In this document: one piece after another, positions 9,835-17,891 of the stretch | Layout: each line of letters begins with the position of its first letter | Position numbering within the stretch: the stretch's first letter is position 1 | DNA from: Nitrospirota bacterium | Lineage (GTDB): Bacteria > Nitrospirota > UBA9217 | Assembly: GCA_963740085.1 (NCBI GenBank) | Contig: CAVUCU010000001.1 | Span: 1,408,001 to 1,472,000, forward strand | DNA length: 64,000 nucleotides | Reading direction: 5' to 3' | Program-made: the position numbers and the translations under genes | The notes under the pieces: generated by a model | Told to the model about the DNA's origin: nothing | The model's input: only the letters and a program-made list of their open reading frames with translations | Database searches by the model: none

Positions 9835-11193
9835 ATGAAACGAAGAGTAGTGGAAAGTTCGGTGTTGTTCATCAGCATCCTGAAGTGGTTGTTCCTCGCA
9901 TCGTGTGCCGGCGTCCTCGTCGGGCTGTCAACCTCGCTCTTTTTGAAAGCGCTCGGGTACAGCATTTCCGCTGCATCGGGTCACCGGTATTATTTCCTTC
10001 TGCTTCCGGCGGCCATGTTCCTGAGCGCCCTCATCGTCAAGTACCTTGCACCGGACGCTGAAGGCCATGGAACGGAAAAAGTCATCGAGGCGGTCCACAA
10101 GCATTCCGGCAAGATAAAGCTGATGGTGGTCCCGGTCAAACTCGTTGCTACGATCATTACGATCGCGCTGGGCGGATCGGTCGGAAAGGAAGGCCCGGCG
10201 GCCCAGATCGGGGCGGGTGTCTCATCGGCCGTTTCCGACCTCCTGCGGTTCGATGATAAGGACCGGAAAAAACTGGTCATCTGCGGCATCAGCGCCGGTT
10301 TTGCCACGGTGTTCGGGACGCCGATCGCGGGCGCGATCTTCGGAGTCGAGGTCCTCTTCGTTGGTGGCATGCTTTACGAGGTGCTCCTTCCTTCGTTCGT
10401 TGCCGGTATCGTGGCGTTTCAGGTCTCCTCGACCCTGGGGATCACCTATTTCCATGAACCGCTCCGGTTTGTGCCCGTATTCAGCAGCCTTTTCTTCATC
10501 AAGGTCTGCGGCGCCGGTATCTTTTTCGGTCTGTGCTCGCTGCTGCTGATAGAGGGGCTGGGCTTTTTCGAGCGCATAAGTCTCCGGATAAACATCTGGC
10601 CCCCCCTGAAGGGGCTTCTGGGCGGCTCCCTCCTCGTCGTACTCACGTTCATCTTCTCAACCCGTTATCTCGGGCTCGGCCTGGACACCATCAAGGATGC
10701 GCTTGAAGGAGGCGTGATGCCGTGGGGAGCCTTTGTATTGAAAATACTGTTTACGGCACTTACGCTCGGCTTCGGCGGCAGCGGCGGGATCATTACACCG
10801 ATATTTTTTATCGGGTCAACGGCCGGCAGCGTCTTCGCCAGTGTTCTGGGATTCAATCTGTCGATATTCGCGGCGATCGGCATGGTCGCCCTGGTTGCCG
10901 GAGCGGCGAACACACCCATTTCGGCGAGCATCATGGCCATTGAGCTGTTCGGCCCCGCGGTCGGACCTTATGCAGCCGTGGCCTGCGTCATCAGCTTTCT
11001 CATGACAGGCCACCGGAGCGTCTATCCGAGCCAGGTTCTGTCGCTCACGAAATCGTCGTCCCTGCACGTGTCGCACGGCACGGAGATGAGGAGCATAGGG
11101 AATGTGGATTACCTGCCGCGGCCGAAAAGCATGAGTGAGGCCATGCTGAAGGCCTTCCATAAGATCTCGAAGAAGAAAAAGAGCGATGAATAA
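9835..11193 (+). CDS. CLC-family chloride channel/antiporter
   Basis: GHGTE, GKEGP, FGTPIAGAIF, GGSGGIITP, AANTPI; start at ATG 9835 (MKRRVV). Confidence 0.88.
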   Translation: MKRRVVESSVLFISILKWLFLASCAGVLVGLSTSLFLKALGYSISAASGHRYYFLLLPAAMFLSALIVKYLAPDAEGHGTEKVIEAVHKHSGKIKLMVVPVKLVATIITIALGGSVGKEGPAAQIGAGVSSAVSDLLRFDDKDRKKLVICGISAGFATVFGTPIAGAIFGVEVLFVGGMLYEVLLPSFVAGIVAFQVSSTLGITYFHEPLRFVPVFSSLFFIKVCGAGIFFGLCSLLLIEGLGFFERISLRINIWPPLKGLLGGSLLVVLTFIFSTRYLGLGLDTIKDALEGGVMPWGAFVLKILFTALTLGFGGSGGIITPIFFIGSTAGSVFASVLGFNLSIFAAIGMVALVAGAANTPISASIMAIELFGPAVGPYAAVACVISFLMTGHRSVYPSQVLSLTKSSSLHVSHGTEMRSIGNVDYLPRPKSMSEAMLKAFHKISKKKKSDE

Positions 11194-12007
11194 AAACACC
11201 TCGGATTCGCGGCGGCTCATAATCGTTACCGACCTGGACGGGACATTACTGGACTCGAAAAGCTACTCCTTTGAGGATGCCCGGCCGGCCCTTGAGCAGA
11301 TCAGAAAAAGCGATATCCCGCTGGTCCTGTGCTCCAGCAAGACACGCGCGGAGCTCGAGGTCTGGAGGGATCGGCTGGAAAACCGCCATCCTTTCGTTGC
11401 TGAGAACGGCGGCGGGATCTTCATACCCGAGGGTTATTTCCCGTTCCCTGTGGAAGGCGAGACACGCGGGGGATACCGGGTCGTCTCCCTCGGGATGTCC
11501 TACGCCGGGATCCGCGAACGGTTCGCCCGTCTCCGCGATGAGCTGCAGATACCGGTAACCGGGTTCGGAGACATGACACCGGCCGAGGTCGCGGCACTGA
11601 CCGGCCTGTCGCTGGATGAAGCAATGCAGGCAAAACAGCGGGAGTACGAAGAACCCTTTGTCTTTACCGGGGCAACGGATGAACGCATGCTGCAGGCGAT
11701 CGAAGCCTCGGGCATGAGATGGACCCAGGGCCGCTTGTTTCACCTTATGGGGAATCATCACAAGGGTAAAGCCGTTATTTTTCTGCGCACGCTTTTTGAA
11801 CGACTGAGCGGGCCGGTAATGATCGCGGGACTCGGCGACAGCCTGAACGACCTCCCCTTTCTTCTGGCTGTTGATCACCCGGTCCTGGTCCGCAGGGCGG
11901 ATGGGAGTCACGACCCGAGGATCAAGATTCCCGGGCTTTACCGCACCAAAAAAACAGGCCCCGCGGGATGGAATGAGGCCGTGCAAAAATTACTGGCGAC
12001 GGGATAA
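11186..12007 (+). CDS. gpgP: Glucosyl/mannosyl-3-phosphoglycerate phosphatase (HAD-IIB; GpgP/MpgP)
   Basis: TDLDGTLL, SSKTRAE, ENGG, GDSLND motifs; clustered with gpgS. Confidence 0.85.
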   Translation: MNKNTSDSRRLIIVTDLDGTLLDSKSYSFEDARPALEQIRKSDIPLVLCSSKTRAELEVWRDRLENRHPFVAENGGGIFIPEGYFPFPVEGETRGGYRVVSLGMSYAGIRERFARLRDELQIPVTGFGDMTPAEVAALTGLSLDEAMQAKQREYEEPFVFTGATDERMLQAIEASGMRWTQGRLFHLMGNHHKGKAVIFLRTLFERLSGPVMIAGLGDSLNDLPFLLAVDHPVLVRRADGSHDPRIKIPGLYRTKKTGPAGWNEAVQKLLATG

Positions 12008-12057
12008 GCCGCGTTGTGAGGAAAAGATCAAGTACCACCCAGAGGGAAAAGATACTT

Positions 12058-12153
12058 TCTCGCAGAGGCGCGGAGGTCGCAGAGAAAGGAAATAAGCGGT
12101 CCGGTTTAAAAAGGTTTTAATCTTACTCTGCGCGCTCTGCGTGCTCTGCGAGA
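12058..12153. repeat. Imperfect inverted repeat of 9-bp CGCAGAGnn units (REP-like element, copy A)
   Basis: Left arm TCTCGCAGAGGCGCGGAGGTCGCAGAG; right arm CTCTGCGCGCTCTGCGTGCTCTGCGAGA; AT-rich spacer. Confidence 0.8.
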
Positions 12154-12195
12154 GACGCCTTTGGATGCTCGCTTGTCCGGGCTGGGAAGCACAGT

Positions 12196-13581
12196 ATGAA
12201 CAACCGCCAACTTATCGACATCTTCAACGCGGCACTTGCCGCCGTTGATCCATACCAGGTGGTGACCAGCGGCATGACGTTCGAGAAAAACTGTTTGCAT
12301 GCTGCAGGGGCTGCGTACGAACTCGAGGCCTTTGACCGTGTCCTGGTGGTCGGGGCCGGGAAGGCCACCGCGCGAATGGCATTGGCAATTGAAGATGCAC
12401 TCGGAGACCGGATCACCGACGGGCTCATTGTGGTGAAGGATGGTCATACTGCTCCGCTCAGGATCGTCAAACAGGTGGAGGCATCCCATCCCGTTCCCAA
12501 CGAAGCAGGAGTGGAGGGCACAAAAAGGATATTGGAACTGGTGCGGACTGCCAATGAGAAGACCCTCATCATCTGTCTCTTGTCCGGCGGCGCTTCCGCA
12601 CTGTTCGTCGCGCCCGTGAACGGCTTGACGCTGAATGATAAACAGGAAGTGACCTCACTGCTCCTGAAGGCAGGCGCTTCCATCGGAGAACTGAATTCCG
12701 TGCGGAAGCATCTTTCCGCGGTCAAGGGAGGACGGTTCGCAAAAGCGGCGTGCCCGGCGCAGGTTGTGACGATGATCCTGTCCGACGTTATCGGTGACCG
12801 GCTCGACGTGATCGCTTCCGGTCCGACCGCCCGGGACAGCACGACCTTTGCCGATGCAATGGCCGTGATCGAGAAATACGGGCTGACGGAGAAATTACCA
12901 CTGCGCGTGCGGGCCTTTCTGGAGCGGGGAATGGACGGCCTGGAGCCGGAAACGGTGAAAAGCGGCGACTCGTGTCTTCATAAGACCAGAAATGTGATCG
13001 TCGGCGGGATCGCTCAGGCCCTTTCCGCGGCAAAAGAAAAGGCCCGGCAACTCGGCTTTGTGACGGAGGTCATTACCGCGGAGCTCCAGGGAGAGGCGCG
13101 TGATGCCGCCCTTTTTCTGGCAACCGTCGCACTGCGGGCGCACGATGCCCTGAAATCAGGGGAGCTGCGTTGCATTCTCTCCGGAGGCGAGACCACGGTG
13201 ACCGTAATGGGACAGGGAAAAGGCGGCAGGAACCAGGAGCTTGCCCTTGCCTTTGCCCTGGAGATCGAGGGGCTGAATGGGGTGTCCCTGCTGTCCGCGG
13301 GCACCGACGGCACTGACGGCCCGACCGATGCCGCGGGCGCGATCGTAGACGGGAACACGGTCCCGCGGGCCCGGGCATTCGGCATTGACCCTGCCCTCTA
13401 TCTCGACTATAATGACTCGTACGCGTTCTTCCAGCGATTCGATTCGTTGTCAGGGAACAAGAGCCATGTCATGACCGGGCCCACGGGAACGAACGTCATG
13501 GACCTCCAGATCATGCTGCTCGAAAAAAGCGGCGAACCTGAGAAGGAACGGCCAAACAAGGGAGCACGATCCGGACGATGA
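12196..13581 (+). CDS. Glycerate kinase, MOFRL/DUF4147 family
   Basis: VGAGKA, ASHPVP, LSGGAS, RKHLSAVKGG, SGGETTV...GGRNQE, GTDGTDG, TGPTGTNVMD. Confidence 0.92.
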   Translation: MNNRQLIDIFNAALAAVDPYQVVTSGMTFEKNCLHAAGAAYELEAFDRVLVVGAGKATARMALAIEDALGDRITDGLIVVKDGHTAPLRIVKQVEASHPVPNEAGVEGTKRILELVRTANEKTLIICLLSGGASALFVAPVNGLTLNDKQEVTSLLLKAGASIGELNSVRKHLSAVKGGRFAKAACPAQVVTMILSDVIGDRLDVIASGPTARDSTTFADAMAVIEKYGLTEKLPLRVRAFLERGMDGLEPETVKSGDSCLHKTRNVIVGGIAQALSAAKEKARQLGFVTEVITAELQGEARDAALFLATVALRAHDALKSGELRCILSGGETTVTVMGQGKGGRNQELALAFALEIEGLNGVSLLSAGTDGTDGPTDAAGAIVDGNTVPRARAFGIDPALYLDYNDSYAFFQRFDSLSGNKSHVMTGPTGTNVMDLQIMLLEKSGEPEKERPNKGARSGR

Positions 13582-14837
13582 AAACCGTTACCATCAGAAA
13601 AGAGGTTCAGGAACAGCTCGCGACCATTCATCAGGCCGATATCGTCGTGGGCATTCCGAGCTTCAACAACGCACGGACGATCGGCCATGTTGTCCGTGCG
13701 GTCCAGGCCGGGCTGGCAAAATATTTTCCCGACAAAAAAAGCGTGCTGGTCAATTCAGACGGCGGTTCAAAGGACAACACCCTCGAGATCGTTCAAAAAA
13801 CGTCCATAGAGGATTATGCATCCATCCATCTGCACCACCGCGTGGAGCCGGTCTTCAAGATCGCCACTCCCTATTCCGGACTTCCGGGCAAGGGGAGCGC
13901 TTTCCGGACCATCTTCGAGGTCGCAGAGGCATTGGACGCGAAGGCCTGCGTTGTCGTTGATTCGGATCTCAGGAGCATCACGCCTGAGTGGATCGAACTT
14001 CTCGTGAAGCCGGTTCTGGAAGATGGATTCGACTATGTTGCCCCTCTGTATCACCGGCACAAGTACGACGGGACGATCACGAACAGCATCGTTTACCCGC
14101 TTACCAGGGCGCTCTACGGCAAGCGGGTACGCCAGCCCATTGGCGGCGATTTCGGTTTCTCGGGCAATATTGCAAAATTTTACCTTACCAAGGACGTCTG
14201 GCAAACCGACGTTGCCCGGTTCGGCATCGACATCTGGATGACCACGACGGCGATCGCGAACCGGTTCAAGGTCACCCAGTCCTTTCTCGGCGCCAAGATC
14301 CACGATGCCAAGGACCCCGGTTCCGATCTCTCCGCCATGCTCTACCAGGTGGTTGGCGCAACGTTCGAGCTCATGGAGACCTACCATGACGTTTGGAAAC
14401 CCATCCGCGGATCTGAACCGGTAAGGGCCTTCGGTTTTGAATACTCGGTCGGGCTCGAGCAGGTCAACGTGAATACCGGCAGGATGCTGAACCTGTTCCG
14501 CGAGGGCCTCAAAAACCTTCGTGAAATATGGCTCGATGTCCTCGGGACGGGCGATTTTCTCGAAGTGGAAAGGCTCGGTACGCTGGAGGACGGGGTGTTT
14601 CGTTTCCCCCTCTCGCTCTGGACGCGGGTCATTTACGATTATGCCATAGCCTTTCACCACAAGAAACTGCCGACCGAACACCTGATCAAGTCCCTGACGC
14701 CTCTTTACCTGGGGAAGACCGCGTCGTTCATCCTTGAGGCGGAACAGATGGGCCAGCAGGAAGCAGAGGCCGAGATCGAAAAGCTCTGCCAGGAATTTGA
14801 GAACAGCAAGGAATACCTGATAGCAAGCTGGAAATAA
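13578..14837 (+). CDS. GT2-like glycosyltransferase, probable single-step glucosylglycerate synthase (Ggs/Mgs type)
   Basis: VGIPSFNNARTI, NSDGGS, GKGSA, VDSD, RQPIGGDFG, FGIDIWMTT, KIHDAKDP; located between glycerate kinase and gpgS. Confidence 0.72.
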   Translation: MKTVTIRKEVQEQLATIHQADIVVGIPSFNNARTIGHVVRAVQAGLAKYFPDKKSVLVNSDGGSKDNTLEIVQKTSIEDYASIHLHHRVEPVFKIATPYSGLPGKGSAFRTIFEVAEALDAKACVVVDSDLRSITPEWIELLVKPVLEDGFDYVAPLYHRHKYDGTITNSIVYPLTRALYGKRVRQPIGGDFGFSGNIAKFYLTKDVWQTDVARFGIDIWMTTTAIANRFKVTQSFLGAKIHDAKDPGSDLSAMLYQVVGATFELMETYHDVWKPIRGSEPVRAFGFEYSVGLEQVNVNTGRMLNLFREGLKNLREIWLDVLGTGDFLEVERLGTLEDGVFRFPLSLWTRVIYDYAIAFHHKKLPTEHLIKSLTPLYLGKTASFILEAEQMGQQEAEAEIEKLCQEFENSKEYLIASWK

Positions 14838-14854
14838 TCTTCGGGAGGTGCCCT

Positions 14855-15559
14855 ATGTCGGATTTTCTGGAACTGATACTCGAACCACTGCAGGACGTGT
14901 TTCACACGATCAAGCATTTCCTGCCGAACCTGCTGGCCATGCTGGTCATTCTGATCATCGGGCTCCTCGTCGCCCGTGTGCTGCGGGCGGTCCTCGTAAG
15001 GTTCCTGACGGTGATCAAGTTCGACAGCTGGTCCGACCGGATGGGCATGACGTCGCTCATGCGCAAAGGCGATCTGTGGGCCAAGCCTTCTCTCGCCATC
15101 GGCTCGATCCTGTACTGGATCATGATCATCGTTGCGGTGATGATGGGTCTGAGCGCGCTCAAGATCCAGGCCGTCGACCACCTCGTGGAACAATTTTTCC
15201 TGTATCTGCCCCGCGCCTTTTCCGCGGTCCTGATCCTTCTCGTCGGTTACGTTCTCGCCGGGTTCATCAGCAGGGCGGTGCTGATCGCCGCGGTGAACAG
15301 CGGTTATCACTACGCCAAGCTGCTTGCCGAGGCGATACGGCTCCTGCTGACGGTCCTGATCCTGGCAATGGTGCTGGAACAGCTCCAGGTCGCGCCGGGT
15401 ATCGTTCTCGCCGCGTTCTCGATCATCTTCGGCGGGATCGTGCTGGCACTCTCCATCTCCTTTGGTGTGGGAGGCATCGAATCGGCGAAACGGATGATCG
15501 AGCGGGAAGCCCAGGAAAAGAGCCCGAACGAAGGAAAGGATGATATCCAGCATATCTGA
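14855..15559 (+). CDS. Membrane protein with TM-helix repeats of the MscS/CmpX type
   Basis: Two FLPNLLA/YLPRAFSA-type repeats and C-terminal LALSISFGVGG; GGAGG RBS. Confidence 0.75.
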   Translation: MSDFLELILEPLQDVFHTIKHFLPNLLAMLVILIIGLLVARVLRAVLVRFLTVIKFDSWSDRMGMTSLMRKGDLWAKPSLAIGSILYWIMIIVAVMMGLSALKIQAVDHLVEQFFLYLPRAFSAVLILLVGYVLAGFISRAVLIAAVNSGYHYAKLLAEAIRLLLTVLILAMVLEQLQVAPGIVLAAFSIIFGGIVLALSISFGVGGIESAKRMIEREAQEKSPNEGKDDIQHI

Positions 15560-15573
15560 CCGGAGGAAGGCCC

Positions 15574-16782
15574 ATGACCGATTTTTACCAGACCGGGATC
15601 ATCACGACGCTGCACAAGCTCGGCAACCCGTCGCTCGAGCGCCTGGAGACGGAGCTCCGCGATTTTTCAAAGAACCGGCCGATCGCCCTGGTATTGCCGT
15701 CACTCTATTCCGAGTTCGAGGGTCCGGCCATGCCCGGGATCGTCAAAGAACTCGCCAAGGTGAACTACCTCAAAGAAATCGTATTGGTCCTCGACAAGGC
15801 CTCGGAAAAAGATTTTCGCCGGGTGCGGGAGTTTATGTCGCCGATCTCTACGGATATCAAGATCATCCATAACGACGGCAAACGGGTCATTGAAATCTAT
15901 GAAACCCTTTCGCGGAACGGCCTTGATGTGGGACAGCGCGGCAAGGGACGTTCCGCATGGCTGTCATACGGATACGTGCTTGCCCGCGGGCAGTCGGATG
16001 TCATTGCCCTTCATGACTGCGATATCGTCAACTACAACAGGGAAATGCTGGCCAGGCTCTGCTACCCGGTGGCAAATCCTAACCTGGACTATGTGTTCTG
16101 CAAGGGTTTCTACAGCAGGGTGACGAACAAGATGCACGGCCGGGTAACGCGGCTTCTGATGACACCCCTCGTCCGGTCAATCCAGCAGCTGATCGGACGG
16201 CACGAGTTTCTGATGTTCCTCGACAGCTTCCGGTATCCCCTCTCCGGGGAGTTCTCAATGACAACGGATTTAGCGCGGGTGAACAGGATCCCCTGGGACT
16301 GGGGGCTGGAGGTCGGATCGCTTGCGGAGGTCTACCGGAACTATTCGCCGCGAAGGGTCTGCCAGGTGGACATTGCCGAGACCTACGAACATAAACATCA
16401 GGAGCTGTCGGCGGATGACGCGGAAAAGGGCCTGATGAAGATGACCATTGATATCTGCAAGTCGATCTTCAGGACCCTGGCCTCGGAAGGGGTCGTGTTC
16501 TCGGACGGCTTTTTCAAGTCTCTCTCCGTGGCCTACTTGAGGAGCGCCGAGGATACCATCATGAAGTATGAGGCCGATGCGGCGATCAATGGCCTGGAAT
16601 TCGACCGGCACGAGGAAGCGAAGGCGGTAGAGGCCTTTACCCGGGCGATTACGCAGGCCTCAAAGGTGTTCATGGAGAACCCCATGGGTACGCCGCTTAT
16701 CCCGAACTGGAACCGGGTGACCTCTGCCATTCCGGGCATTCTCGACATGCTGAAGCAGGCCGTGGACATGGATAATACATAG
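15574..16782 (+). CDS. gpgS: Glucosyl-3-phosphoglycerate synthase
   Basis: MTDFYQTGIITTLH, GKGRSAW, ALHDCDI, KGFYSR, GRVTRL, FRYPLSGEF, DWGLEVG, YEHKHQ, IPNWNRV. Confidence 0.85.
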   Translation: MTDFYQTGIITTLHKLGNPSLERLETELRDFSKNRPIALVLPSLYSEFEGPAMPGIVKELAKVNYLKEIVLVLDKASEKDFRRVREFMSPISTDIKIIHNDGKRVIEIYETLSRNGLDVGQRGKGRSAWLSYGYVLARGQSDVIALHDCDIVNYNREMLARLCYPVANPNLDYVFCKGFYSRVTNKMHGRVTRLLMTPLVRSIQQLIGRHEFLMFLDSFRYPLSGEFSMTTDLARVNRIPWDWGLEVGSLAEVYRNYSPRRVCQVDIAETYEHKHQELSADDAEKGLMKMTIDICKSIFRTLASEGVVFSDGFFKSLSVAYLRSAEDTIMKYEADAAINGLEFDRHEEAKAVEAFTRAITQASKVFMENPMGTPLIPNWNRVTSAIPGILDMLKQAVDMDNT

Positions 16783-16991
16783 CGGGGTCTTTTGGCCGCA
16801 ACCAATGCAAAATGTAAATTCCAGATTGCAAAATTAACGGATGAACCTAACAGAGCATTTGACACTGATCAAACCGGACATCTGTCGGATAACGTGTAGT
16901 AGCCGGCATTCCCGTTTACAGTTGAAGTAAACGCTTTTTAGTGACCATCAACTCTCCAAATCAAGTCCTCTCTCCTGCTCCATATCTCAAC

Positions 16992-17020
16992 TTGACAACG
17001 AATATGAACGATTATAGACT
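16992..17020 (+). promoter_or_regulatory. Sigma70-type promoter
   Basis: TTGACA-N17-TAGACT. Confidence 0.5.
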
Positions 17021-17066
17021 ACCTCCTGTACTCAATGGCAGTCGCGTTTTTTGAGAACTGTAGACT

Positions 17067-17156
17067 TCATGTTGAATTTGATAAACACGGGGCTATTTTG
17101 TCTGTTTCCAAAAACGCAATAAACTGATTCAGCATGTCATCCGGAATTGGTTCCAT
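17067..17156 (-). pseudogene. 29-aa ORF, possible N-terminal remnant of a tyrosine recombinase/integron-type integrase
   Basis: Strong AAGGAGG RBS; MEPIPDDMLNQFIAFLETDKIAPCLSNST*; resemblance to integrase N-termini is from recall and unverified. Confidence 0.3.
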
Positions 17157-17434
17157 CGATAGCCCTCCTTGAAAAGCTATTCCATAACTGCATATTAATT
17201 TATTTTGGCGGATATTCCGCTTATCGCATGATAATCTTTTGGTCAAATTCCAATGATTTCATCCGGGTGCGTCATGGTTTTTCTTAAATTCTTGACCACA
17301 CCTGCAAATCCATGCTACTGTATTTTGAATTGATAATATCTTGCTGGAGCACGCTTTGAACGATCCCGATGATATACTGAAAGCATGCAACGGAAGCTTT
17401 TTTCTACCTAAGACATAATTCGGGGAGACAGATC

Positions 17435-17704
17435 ATGACAGACGATCTTCGGAAGGAAATCTCGGAGAAGTATTGCCCGCGTTTCGGACAACTCGCGGTC
17501 GAATTCGGCTTCATAAATGAAACACAGCTTACCGAGGCGCTGGCGTGCCAAGTCCATGATAAATCGAATGGTAAAGCACATCGGTTGCTGGGAGAAATAC
17601 TCTTCGAAAGTAAGTTAATGTCAGCATCGCAAATAGACCATGTAATGACAAAATTGTTCCAGCGACTGAGGCAGGAGCAACATGATAAGGGGATCATCCC
17701 TTAA
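17435..17704 (+). CDS. Small stand-alone MshEN/GspE-N-like protein (candidate c-di-GMP binder)
   Basis: RFGQLAVEFGFINETQLTEALACQ followed by RLLGEILFESKLM; GGGGAG RBS. Confidence 0.65.
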   Translation: MTDDLRKEISEKYCPRFGQLAVEFGFINETQLTEALACQVHDKSNGKAHRLLGEILFESKLMSASQIDHVMTKLFQRLRQEQHDKGIIP

Positions 17705-17891
17705 AAAATCCTGGCAAAGCGGTCAGGAGGGAGCCGTAGAAGCGCGTCGCCCCTTACCTCGCTATGCACGCTATTTTAGCGCTTAATTAGACTGGGTCTA
17801 TTGGTTCTGATCTGCTTCGACTATGCTACCCAATTGCTCCAATCAAGTTCTATAGAGAGCATACGACATAGTTTCATGAAGGGAAAATCAA

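Noticed and set aside
12058-12153. CRISPR-like array
   Set aside because: Units are 9 bp with no spacers, arranged as an inverted pair, and there are no cas genes
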